From NCBI GenBank assembly GCA_016840165.1, contig JAEOSU010000037.1, positions 7,022-71,021 on the forward strand: a stretch of DNA of 64,000 bases. The letters are read 5' to 3'. How positions within the stretch are numbered: the stretch's first letter is position 1; every line of letters begins with the position of its first letter. Origin of the DNA: Promethearchaeota archaeon. Lineage in GTDB: Archaea; Asgardarchaeota; Lokiarchaeia; Sigyniarchaeales; SOKP01. The translations under genes and the position numbers were made by a program. The notes under the pieces were generated by a model. That model saw nothing but the letters and a program-made list of their open reading frames with translations, had not been told where the DNA came from and ran no database searches. This document shows positions 8,636-17,568 of this stretch, one piece after another.

Positions 8636-9244
8636 TTAAAGAGACGCTAAAAATTCCGCTACTGCCTCTTCAGAAATTTCTTCATCAACGAGTTTATCAT
8701 CCAGTTCTTCTCCAAGTAAATCGAATTTATAGGAACATTTATCATCTCCTGATAAAATGCATTCAATTTCTTTACCATCAACATCAATTCCTAGCGCTTC
8801 AAATACGCCATTAAAGATACCAAGATATAAGATGCATAAATTTTTAGCCATAATATTGTCGATTTCCTCCTTCGCTAAAGATTCATAAACATTGATAAGG
8901 ATGTGATGCTTTCTAAACTGACCTGTTAAAGCACCATAACCCATAAGAATGAGTGACTCAAGAATACCAAGGACGACTTCTTTTTTAGTCGCCATTTTTT
9001 CACTACTCCAATCTTTATTGTAAAAATATTTTTCCATTAAAGCCTTTCCCAGTGTTTTCCCGACCCAAATAAGAATATCTTCAGCATTAGTACCCGCAAA
9101 TTCGCAAAATTCCATAATTTCATTTGGTCGAAGCATTACAAGGCGAATATCTTTCTTTTTTTCTCCCAGGAAGAGTTGCCCATCTTTTTCTTCAATATTA
9201 ATTTGTAATTCTTTCTTTAATCTTTTAAACATAGTGAAAACCAA
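8636..9244 (-). CDS. V4R-domain protein (4-vinyl reductase / TRAPP Bet3-related fold)
   Basis: 202 aa. C-terminal V4R cysteine pattern NLCILYLGIFNGVFEALG...EIECILSGDDKCSYKF. Start is TTG at 9244 or ATG at 9232. Confidence 0.6.
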   Translation of the reverse strand: MVFTMFKRLKKELQINIEEKDGQLFLGEKKKDIRLVMLRPNEIMEFCEFAGTNAEDILIWVGKTLGKALMEKYFYNKDWSSEKMATKKEVVLGILESLILMGYGALTGQFRKHHILINVYESLAKEEIDNIMAKNLCILYLGIFNGVFEALGIDVDGKEIECILSGDDKCSYKFDLLGEELDDKLVDEEISEEAVAEFLASL

Positions 9245-9352
9245 TAAACATTAATCATTCAGAATCAAATATAATATAATAGAAATTTAATTGACTAAGT
9301 TTATAAATTTAATGATTAAACGATTCGTTTAAGAATTTTACTGGTGTCCAGA

Positions 9353-10381
9353 TCATTTAGCCTCGATTATATGAAATATAGAATCAATTATTTTTGAAAG
9401 ATTATAATTTGTTTTAACCGAACTAAAGATAAATTGCCATGGTCTATTCCCAAGATTAATAAATTCAAAATAATTCATTAGCTCTGTTTTTGTTCTACTT
9501 AGATGTTCATTTTGATTTTGATGATTTAAGTTGAGTAGATCAACTTTGTTAGCAATTATTATAAGTGGAATTTCTTTTGCCTCTTCCCTATTTACTATCT
9601 TCCAGAATTCTTCCTTTGATTCTTTAAAACTACGCTGATTTGAAATGTCAATCATGTAAATAAGGATATTAGTATCTTGAATACCATATAACCAGTTTTT
9701 CCGTAATTTTAAGTTTCCGGGCATATCCCAAATAGCCAATTGACCATCTTCTGCTTGAAGATACTCAATATTGAATTTTTTCGTTGGAGTATAAAAATTT
9801 TCGCTGAAAAGGCCTGTTTTTAGTCGTCTGATTAGAGATGATTTTCCAACATCATCAATTCCGAATAAGAAGACTTTAGTAAATATATCAGAAGATTGAA
9901 ATGCGATTTCGTAATATCTTTCTAAAACCTCCTCTCCATATCTTCGTATATCAATAAATAAAGTTATTAAGAAATTCTCAATTTCTTGTTCATCTTCAAA
10001 AAAGCAACACTCCTCGTTAATGAGCATTTCGTAAGCTAGATCTTCGAAAATTTCCTTATAATCATAAGGATTGTCATCGTCCGCAAAAATCAATCCTATA
10101 ACTATTTGGTTATCAATACCCATTGAAAAAATATTTTGATCCTCTATTTTCTGAGAGATTGGGGTGTCTAACACATATTTTATTGAATCTAATCTAAAAT
10201 TTTCGATATTTTGTTTAGAAATCTTTTCATGACCTTCAATAATTTTCTTAATAAATAAGCTGTCTTCTTTTCCAGAAATATCAAATGGATAGCTATATAT
10301 ATCCAAATGATTCAGATCATCAAAGTTTTTACCCTTAATAAGAAAAATATTGGAAAGCAAAGAACAAATCCTAAAATACAA
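9353..10381 (-). CDS. Small GTPase (Arf/Rab-like) with ~170-aa N-terminal alpha/beta domain
   Basis: 342 aa. G1 GIDDVGKSS, G3 WDMPGN (catalytic Gln position is Asn), G4 ANKVDL, G5-like SSVK. No ATG in the first 86 codons, so the start is TTG or otherwise uncertain. Confidence 0.65.
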   Translation of the reverse strand: MYFRICSLLSNIFLIKGKNFDDLNHLDIYSYPFDISGKEDSLFIKKIIEGHEKISKQNIENFRLDSIKYVLDTPISQKIEDQNIFSMGIDNQIVIGLIFADDDNPYDYKEIFEDLAYEMLINEECCFFEDEQEIENFLITLFIDIRRYGEEVLERYYEIAFQSSDIFTKVFLFGIDDVGKSSLIRRLKTGLFSENFYTPTKKFNIEYLQAEDGQLAIWDMPGNLKLRKNWLYGIQDTNILIYMIDISNQRSFKESKEEFWKIVNREEAKEIPLIIIANKVDLLNLNHQNQNEHLSRTKTELMNYFEFINLGNRPWQFIFSSVKTNYNLSKIIDSIFHIIEAK

Positions 10382-10526
10382 TTAATCTTAATTTTGAAAA
10401 GAACAAATGATTAAAAAAAGTTTGGAATCTCCCTATAAGCACTACTTTTATAGTTTTCGAAAATAATTGGAAGATTATAAGAATGATGCGTTAATCTACT
10501 AATTAGAAATAAGTTATACTTCCTAA

Positions 10527-11897
10527 TTATGAGCCTGCTTCATCCTCATTATCTGAATTATCTTCTGTATTATCCTTAGGAGGTTCCTCTGATTGATCAT
10601 CACCCTTTTCGGGTTCTACTTCCTTTTCGGTTTCATTAACTGGAGTATCACAAATCGGACATTTTTTCCATCCTGGTCGTAAAGCATAGCCACAATTTCG
10701 ACATTCTAACATATCTTCATCTGGTTTCCATTCAGGAATGTTTAATCCACCGCCTCTTCTTTTTTCAGCTAATTCGTGTAATTCTTCTTCTGTCCATACT
10801 TCCATACCTTCTGGGATACCAGATCCTCTATCTTCAGAGTATTTAGATAGTTCATTTTCTGTCCATGTTGGCATGTTAGGTTGAGATTCCATTCGCTTTT
10901 TTGCCTCTTCAGCAAGTTCATTGGCGGTCCATGTTTTCAACTCCTGACCACCAGGGGTTCTTGTAGGTTCAGATTCTTGTATATCTTGAGCGGTCGGAGG
11001 AGAAGGTGCTTGACAACTTGTAGCTGAAAATCTAAGTAGTGCTTCAAAACATTGGCTATACTTTTCTTGAGAATCATTTTCATTAGCTACAATAATTAGA
11101 GTAGTCTTATCAGAAGGAAGAGGAAAAGCAATACTCGAGATAGCTATTTCAGATGAAGTTCTCCCTGAATCCATGCTTGTCCACACCTTTTCCATAGTAT
11201 TTAGTAAATCCTCATTATCCATCAAAAAATCACATATAGGATCTCCATGTCGTTGATAGTCTTCATGATACTTGGCAAGCTGATTTTGTGTCACAACGGA
11301 ATCATAAGATTGTAGAAGTGCACTAATAAAAGGGTAATTATGTGAAATTGGCCCCTCAGAAGCCTCATCAATCTTATAACCTCCTAGATCCAAATTTCCT
11401 ATAACAGGTGCGAATAAGGGATCATTATCCTTAATTTTACCAAACAGTATTGTTTTTCCTAAAACACATTTTATCACTCCATAGTAGGCAATTGCGTGAT
11501 CGTTAAACTCTATTTTCTCATTTATAGTTATTCGAGGGATAGATCGAAAAATAACTTCTTCCCAGGGAAGTTCTTTCACGGGAATAATTGCAACACATGA
11601 TTTTAGGACTAGCTCGGATAATTTTTTCAAATAATCTTTAAGAATTTTTTTGACATCTTGATATTTTTCTTTTTTTAATTCTTCCGTGGCGTTTTTCATC
11701 ATTTGGTCAAATTTTTCTTCATTTTGTTTAACGGATCCTCCAAATGATTTAATTTCTCCTACAATATTGTCTTTAAAAATAAAAGTTGCTTCATCAATGA
11801 TCTCTTTTTGCATATCCGTAATTTCTTCAACCAAGTAATCTTCCACCCGAAATTGAAGATTTTGGATGAAGATGGATATTAATTTTGCTTCAGACAA
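10527..11897 (-). CDS. Zinc-ribbon protein with tandem Trp-acidic repeats and acidic tail (hypothetical)
   Basis: 456 aa with a TTG start. Four W-centred repeats at 22-23-aa spacing. Zinc ribbon CRNCGYALRPGWKKCPIC. Asp/Glu-rich C-terminus. Confidence 0.5.
   Translation of the reverse strand: MSEAKLISIFIQNLQFRVEDYLVEEITDMQKEIIDEATFIFKDNIVGEIKSFGGSVKQNEEKFDQMMKNATEELKKEKYQDVKKILKDYLKKLSELVLKSCVAIIPVKELPWEEVIFRSIPRITINEKIEFNDHAIAYYGVIKCVLGKTILFGKIKDNDPLFAPVIGNLDLGGYKIDEASEGPISHNYPFISALLQSYDSVVTQNQLAKYHEDYQRHGDPICDFLMDNEDLLNTMEKVWTSMDSGRTSSEIAISSIAFPLPSDKTTLIIVANENDSQEKYSQCFEALLRFSATSCQAPSPPTAQDIQESEPTRTPGGQELKTWTANELAEEAKKRMESQPNMPTWTENELSKYSEDRGSGIPEGMEVWTEEELHELAEKRRGGGLNIPEWKPDEDMLECRNCGYALRPGWKKCPICDTPVNETEKEVEPEKGDDQSEEPPKDNTEDNSDNEDEAGS
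10704..10946 (-). repeat. Coding tandem repeat: four Trp-acidic units (KTWTANEL / PTWTENEL / EVWTEEEL / PEWKPDEDML)
   Basis: W323, W345, W368 and W390 of the 10527-11897 protein, read from the translation. Confidence 0.8.
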
Positions 11898-12016
11898 TGT
11901 ATTTACCTTATTTTTTATATACTAATTAGTCTTTTTATAAATATTGAAACGAAATGGATATAAAAATTTATTTAAATCTTAAGTGGAAATTTCCTAAAAA
12001 CTTATTGAGAGTGTGA

Positions 12017-13063
12017 ATGGTTATTATGTATCAAATGGATAAAAAGCAAGATCTAAAGGTATGCTTTATTTCTAATATTCCAGAAAATGTAAAGAATTAT
12101 CTGATAAATGCATTAAAGGATCTTTCAAATGTTAAATTAATATTTCCAAAAACATTATTAAAAGAAAATCTTTTTAAGTTGATAAAAGATGCTCAAGTTT
12201 TAATAGGTTGGCGACCATCTCTCGAATTATTAAAACATGCAGAAAATTTGAGATTTTTTATTAACCCAGGTACAGGAATTCATCATTTACTAATAGACTT
12301 TAAAGAACTTAATAAAAAAAGAGAAGTGATATTAATTAATGGTCATGGGAATTCTTATTTTGTAGCGCAACACACTGTCGCTTTATTGCTTTCTTTTATG
12401 AATATGGTTATTCCACATCATAGTTGGATGAAGAAGGGTAGATGGCGAACGGGTGATGCTGATGCTATTTCTATACCTTTACGTTTCAAAGAGGTAGGAC
12501 TGCTTGGATATGGAGCAATTAATACAAAAGTGCACAAAATGTTGTCTGGATTCGATGTTAACTTTTCAATTTTAAGAAGAGATTGGTCTAAAGCAGAGAA
12601 TAGATTTCCTACTAAAATTAAAAAATATAATTACCACCAACTTCATGATTTTCTTAAAGAAATTAATATTCTGATTATTGCCATACCTTTAACCAAATTA
12701 ACTGAAGATATGATTGGTGAGGAGGAGTTAAATCTGCTTGGAAGCGAAGGAATTTTAGTAAATGTATCTCGAGGTGAAGTGGTTAATCAAAAAGCACTTT
12801 ATTGTGCGTTGAAAAATAAAGTTATTTTTGGAGCTGCAATCGATGTTTGGTATGATTACAATCCTAAAAGTGATGACCAGGGAAGGAAATTTCCATTTAA
12901 GTTTCCCTTCCATGAATTAAATAATATTATATTGTCCCCACATCGAGGTTACTCTCCGTTCAATGATTTATTACGATGGAATGAGGTTATCGAGAATATA
13001 ACAAGAATAGCTCACAATAGAAAAGATCTCCTCAATATTGTAAATCTTAAAAAAGAATATTAA
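12017..13063 (+). CDS. D-isomer-specific 2-hydroxyacid dehydrogenase family protein
   Basis: 348 aa. NAD-binding VGLLGYGAINTKV. Catalytic-region motifs ILVNVSRGEVV, AAIDVW and SPHRG. Confidence 0.75.
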   Translation: MVIMYQMDKKQDLKVCFISNIPENVKNYLINALKDLSNVKLIFPKTLLKENLFKLIKDAQVLIGWRPSLELLKHAENLRFFINPGTGIHHLLIDFKELNKKREVILINGHGNSYFVAQHTVALLLSFMNMVIPHHSWMKKGRWRTGDADAISIPLRFKEVGLLGYGAINTKVHKMLSGFDVNFSILRRDWSKAENRFPTKIKKYNYHQLHDFLKEINILIIAIPLTKLTEDMIGEEELNLLGSEGILVNVSRGEVVNQKALYCALKNKVIFGAAIDVWYDYNPKSDDQGRKFPFKFPFHELNNIILSPHRGYSPFNDLLRWNEVIENITRIAHNRKDLLNIVNLKKEY

Positions 13064-13144
13064 GAATAGGGCTAAAGATTTTTTTTCATAAGTTTAAATA
13101 ATTGAACACAGAAGAAAGTTTAAAACCTAGTGCTATAAATCAAG

Positions 13145-14005
13145 GTGAATGCTGATTCTAAGGGATCCAAATCCCAATCATTTGAACATATGCGAATGAA
13201 GTTATACTTCTATGAAAACATCCCTCTCACAAATGAAGTCACACGCATAGAAGAGGAGTATAAAATAGAAGACCAAATTGTTGATGTATATGCCGAGTTG
13301 AAAAATGGGAAAAAAGTTGCAATAGAGATCCAACACTCTAAAATATCATATACCACTTTGATTGAGCGAACTTCAAAGTACACTAAAAGAGGAATATATG
13401 TTTTATGGATTCTTAATGGAAATTCTTTTAATAAAATTCCCCAAAACCAAGATGGGATAAGATTATCCAATCTCGAACTGCATCTACATAAAATGTATAA
13501 GGGGCGGGTATATTACGTAAATTTAGATTCTAAAGGGCTCTTAAGTGCTGTGTATGCATTAAGCTATGCTCCTTATTTTAATTTAAAAGATGTTGTATAT
13601 AAAAAGAAAGCTAGAAGTAAGAGGAGTGTATATTGCCAACAAATTGAAAGCTTAGGGCTCAAATGTACTTCTAAAAAGTATAAATTAGCTATGTTTAGGG
13701 ATACAGATGTTAAGTTTCAATGTGAAACAGAAATTTATAATATTTTAAAAAAATATTGTAGAGAAACATCCCGTTTAAAATCAAATGAAAAACAAAATTT
13801 CCTTATTATCCCTGTGATAAAAGTCATATCACTACTCAGAGAAAAATATGGTTTCTATTTGGTTTATGATGTCTTAAAAACTTCCAGAAATAATACTAAT
13901 AAGTTAAAAATAATTAGATTTGGATTTATGAAAGATCGAGAGAATAAAGTTAGAGAATGCATTAAACTATCTCTCGCTGATTATATTAATACAGACGAAT
14001 ATTAA
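13145..14005 (+). CDS. CoiA-like PD-(D/E)xK nuclease family protein
   Basis: 286 aa. IVDVYAELKNGKKVAIEIQHSKISYTTLIERTSKYTKRGIYVLWIL matches the CoiA core (DV...aiEiQ.S.is...R...Y...g....Wil). Start is GTG at 13145, or ATG at 13187 or 13193. Confidence 0.5.
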   Translation: MNADSKGSKSQSFEHMRMKLYFYENIPLTNEVTRIEEEYKIEDQIVDVYAELKNGKKVAIEIQHSKISYTTLIERTSKYTKRGIYVLWILNGNSFNKIPQNQDGIRLSNLELHLHKMYKGRVYYVNLDSKGLLSAVYALSYAPYFNLKDVVYKKKARSKRSVYCQQIESLGLKCTSKKYKLAMFRDTDVKFQCETEIYNILKKYCRETSRLKSNEKQNFLIIPVIKVISLLREKYGFYLVYDVLKTSRNNTNKLKIIRFGFMKDRENKVRECIKLSLADYINTDEY

Positions 14006-14451
14006 ATTCTTAAGTAATTAATTTGAATTAAATATCACTCTTCTATTTTATGAATATGGATGAAATGGTAAAGGTTTTAATTGAAAAAATTGTAAAGTTA
14101 TTTCTTGATATTCATAGGAAAAAAATTACATATATAGGATGAATGAAATAATTTTTGAAAAATTTTTATATAAATTAAACAGATATTAAATTTTTTAATA
14201 AGTCGATAAAACAAAATTATATCTGCTTTTTAAACATGGAAAAAAAATTATAAAAAATGCGATAGAGCTTCAAATTTGTACATTTAAAGCCCAAATGTCC
14301 AATTCCGGCCCTAAATGCCCTCAATTAGAGAAATAGGTAAATTTTTAGTTTTTTTTATATATTAATGTGTTAAAAAAAAAGGTTTATATATCAGTTTGCA
14401 ATAAATAATTATATAGAAAAATTTAATGAAAAATACGGTTAAGGCGATTGC

Positions 14452-14742
14452 ATGAAGATTGTGACAGTTAATGTACCCGAAAGTTATATAGATGCGATAA
14501 ATAAGTTAATAGGGCAAAATGGGCTTTATCCCTCCCGATCCGAACTCATAAGATGTGCAGTTCGTGATTTTCTTTTAAAAGAACTTAAAGCTGCCAATAA
14601 TATTGTTCGGTTTAATAATGACGAATTAACCGATTTTGATGAGGAAAATTTTGTTCGAGTACCTAATGAACGCTTAGATGAAAATTCTGAACCTGTTACG
14701 GAATTTAAAACTTGGAAAATTGTTAAGAGATTAGAATTTTAA
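14452..14742 (+). CDS. Ribbon-helix-helix (CopG/NikR-type) DNA-binding protein
   Basis: 96 aa. The N-terminal KIVTVNVPESYIDAINKLIGQNGLYPSRSELIRCAVRDFL fits a beta-strand plus two helices. SD-like AAGGCGAT upstream, and TTTATATA about 62-69 nt upstream of the ATG. Confidence 0.6.
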   Translation: MKIVTVNVPESYIDAINKLIGQNGLYPSRSELIRCAVRDFLLKELKAANNIVRFNNDELTDFDEENFVRVPNERLDENSEPVTEFKTWKIVKRLEF

Positions 14743-14950
14743 TATAAATAAGATTTAATTATAAAACTATCAATATTTCTGGGATATACAAGTTCTTTTC
14801 TTTCTTTCTTTTTTTATGCACTTCTTTGATTTCAGAAAATTTTACATTTAAGTCTAATAATTCAATATTACAAATTTTTCATTTTTTTCTATAATTTCTT
14901 AAACAATAGTTTAAATTAATTAAATATATTTTTGAAGAAAGAGGAAAAAT

Positions 14951-14979
14951 TAGATATGCATATATGAATAGATATGCAT
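14951..14979. promoter_or_regulatory. Direct repeat TAGATATGCAT x2 (18-bp period) upstream of the GalT-like gene
   Basis: tagatatgcat at 14951-14961 and 14969-14979, read directly. Each copy contains the ATGCAT palindrome. Lies about 65-95 nt upstream of the 15045 ATG and downstream of the RHH gene. Confidence 0.3.
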
Positions 14980-15044
14980 TAATACCCGATAATATGAATT
15001 CAATTCCATTTAATAAATTAATATGAGAGAGTAATAAATATACG

Positions 15045-16319
15045 ATGAAAGATAATGAAAGTAAGGAGGAACATTATAAACCAAAATTTATGGAATGGGG
15101 TATCATCTCCAAAGATAATTTTAGTGATATATATGAGATTCCTATTAAACGATGGGATCCGTTATCGACGATTTCTATAACCTCTAATGAATTTGGTCTT
15201 CATAAAAAACTAAAAAGATATCATGGGCATTATTCCTATCTAAGTCCTATACGAGGGAAACGGCCAAAAGGCTATAAAACTATTCATGAAGCTTTTAAAG
15301 GTAAAGATGTCTCTAAAGATGCTGTTAAAGCTTTCAATGATGTATTTACAGCTATAACAGAGGGTAAACCTATTTATGATGAGAATGGAAATCAAATTGG
15401 TGATGGGTATACTATGATAATTACTCAGGATGAAGAAAAGCGAGACAAACCATTTTTAGATACGCCACATAAAGTAGAACGAATTCCAAGCAATTGTAAG
15501 GCCCTGACTTTAATAAATCGATATCCATCTATGGCAAGGGTAATTGATCCAAGTATATCAGATTATATTCAAGAAAACCTTCCTTCTCACTTAAAATTAG
15601 CCAGAGGCATCAATCTTCTAACGATCTCCCGAAACTTGTATCCTTCATCAAATTTTAAATTAATACCAGAAGACATTTTAACGGGGATTTTTTTATCAAT
15701 GAAAGAAGCAATATTGTATTGTATTCTCGAAGCAATCGAAAAAGATTATTATGATATCCCTGTGAATCCTTTCTTTAATATCGGGCTTAAGGCAGGAGGT
15801 TCTCAACCAAGGATACATAGCCAAACGTATATTGATTTGAATGGAGATGGTCATGGAAATCGACTTGAATCATATTTAAATGCCTTTAAAGAGATGGGGG
15901 ATAATTGCCATTTATGTGAAACTACTCATGGAAATAGCGATAGAATCATTATTGCCACTCAATATTGGACATTTTATACCACAGGAAGCCCTGTAAGGAA
16001 TTATCATATTAGATTTCACCCAAATGAGCATATTCGAAGATTTACTCAATTAAAAGTTAACCAAATGGAGGATTTAGCAAAAACTTTAAAGAAGATATTT
16101 ATTGCGTTAGATAATATCGGAATCGATCCTAATCGAAATATAATATTTAATTGCTGTCCGTATGGATATGATGCAAATTTTCATATGTTTGGTGATATCA
16201 TTCCCCATGAGGTCATAGGCGGTGCTGAAATGGCAGACGATATGCGTGTTGCTCGAAAATTACCCCATATTGCTGCCTCAGAGATAAGAGACTCCTTAGA
16301 GGAGGTTTTAAAGAAGTAA
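15045..16319 (+). CDS. GalT-like HIT-superfamily nucleotidyltransferase (galactose-1-phosphate uridylyltransferase-like)
   Basis: 424 aa. SPIRGKRP, LINRYPSMA and QPRIHSQ (the HxHxQ position reads R-I-H-S-Q). A CHLCE pair sits in the second half. Confidence 0.5.
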   Translation: MKDNESKEEHYKPKFMEWGIISKDNFSDIYEIPIKRWDPLSTISITSNEFGLHKKLKRYHGHYSYLSPIRGKRPKGYKTIHEAFKGKDVSKDAVKAFNDVFTAITEGKPIYDENGNQIGDGYTMIITQDEEKRDKPFLDTPHKVERIPSNCKALTLINRYPSMARVIDPSISDYIQENLPSHLKLARGINLLTISRNLYPSSNFKLIPEDILTGIFLSMKEAILYCILEAIEKDYYDIPVNPFFNIGLKAGGSQPRIHSQTYIDLNGDGHGNRLESYLNAFKEMGDNCHLCETTHGNSDRIIIATQYWTFYTTGSPVRNYHIRFHPNEHIRRFTQLKVNQMEDLAKTLKKIFIALDNIGIDPNRNIIFNCCPYGYDANFHMFGDIIPHEVIGGAEMADDMRVARKLPHIAASEIRDSLEEVLKK

Positions 16320-16398
16320 GTAAATATTAATAATAACAAGTTTTAAATTTCACATTATATTAGTTTATTTTTAAATAAGAAAGCATGAGTGGAACTCA

Positions 16399-17547
16399 TT
16401 GAGAGAATGGTCTGCCATAATACTTGCTGGAGGAAAAGGTTCAAGGCTTATGCCGTTAACTTCATTATTACCAAAGCCTCTTGTAAAGGTTACAAATAAA
16501 CCAATGGTAGATTATTCTATTGCACACCTTATATATGCTGATATAAAGCATATAATCCTTGCTTTAGCTTATAAAGGGGAGGAATTAAAAGATCACATAA
16601 ATGCTACATGGACTAAAGACAAACTAGGAGATGTAGAATTAGAGTGTATAATTCAAGAGAGTAAAGGCACTGCTGATGCATATCGCTTACTTACAGATAA
16701 CTTGGACTCTGAAAATGTGGTTGTGAGCATGGCAGATATTGTAACCAATTTACCAATGAAACAGTTCATGGATTTTCATAAACAAAAAGGTGGAATGTCC
16801 ACAATTTCAATGAAGACCAGTGAAAGCCATACTAGTCAATATGGAGTAGTTTTATTGGATAAAAATAGGAAAATTTACCTTTTTTTAGAAAAACCAGCGC
16901 CTATGGAACTTTATTTAAGCAGTATGGCTTCTAGAACAGATCTTTTTTTACATACAAACATTATTAATACGGGAATTTATTGTTTCAAAAAAGATATCGG
17001 GACTATTTTACATGAATCTGGGTTAATTGATTTTGGGGGTGAGGTATTTCCCTACATGCTTGAAAACGATTATGAATTATATGGTTTCGTAAAGAATTAT
17101 TATTGGTTAGATTGCGGAAATTCACAAACATATATGTGGGCAAACTGGGATTTGCTACGCAAATATTCTTGGCCAATTACCCCAAATGGAGAGGAATATG
17201 ATGGAGTGTATGTTATGGGGATTATAAATTCAGGACAAAATGTCACTATTGAAAAGCCTACCTGTTTTGGAGAATGTGTTAAATTAGGCAATAGAGTTAG
17301 GATTAAAGAGTTATCATCGATTGGGAACCAAGCAAGTATAGGAGAGGATACAGTAATCGAAAAAAGTGTTATTTGGGATAATGTAAAAATTGGGGCTGGA
17401 TGTAAAATAATTGAATCGGTAATCTGTAATAATTGTGAAATAGGAAATAATGTTGTCTTAAATAAAGCAATTATAGCCCCAAATTGTAAAATTAGTAATG
17501 ATTCCCAAATTCAAGATAAAACCCTTGACCTTGGTACAATATTCTAA
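16399..17547 (+). CDS. Sugar-1-phosphate nucleotidylyltransferase with C-terminal left-handed beta-helix
   Basis: 382 aa with a TTG start. AIILAGGKGSRLMPLTSLLPKPLV signature. C-terminal hexapeptide repeats (IGEDTVIEKSVIWDNVKIGAGCKIIESVI). Confidence 0.85.
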   Translation: MREWSAIILAGGKGSRLMPLTSLLPKPLVKVTNKPMVDYSIAHLIYADIKHIILALAYKGEELKDHINATWTKDKLGDVELECIIQESKGTADAYRLLTDNLDSENVVVSMADIVTNLPMKQFMDFHKQKGGMSTISMKTSESHTSQYGVVLLDKNRKIYLFLEKPAPMELYLSSMASRTDLFLHTNIINTGIYCFKKDIGTILHESGLIDFGGEVFPYMLENDYELYGFVKNYYWLDCGNSQTYMWANWDLLRKYSWPITPNGEEYDGVYVMGIINSGQNVTIEKPTCFGECVKLGNRVRIKELSSIGNQASIGEDTVIEKSVIWDNVKIGAGCKIIESVICNNCEIGNNVVLNKAIIAPNCKISNDSQIQDKTLDLGTIF

Positions 17548-17568
17548 TATTTTACCCATAAAATCTCG

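Noticed and set aside
10653-10946. Reading the WT..EL repeats as ATG8-interacting LIR motifs ([W/F/Y]-x-x-[L/I/V])
   Set aside because: The spacing is wrong. The hydrophobic residue follows Trp by five positions (W-T-x-x-E-L), not three, so none of the four units fits the canonical LIR core.
14051-14143. 30-codon ATG ORF (MNMDEMVKVLIEKIVKLFLDIHRKKITYIG) in the long spacer after the CoiA-like gene
   Set aside because: It has no SD or promoter-like context that I could single out. Its composition is indistinguishable from AT-rich background, and there is no way to test conservation here.
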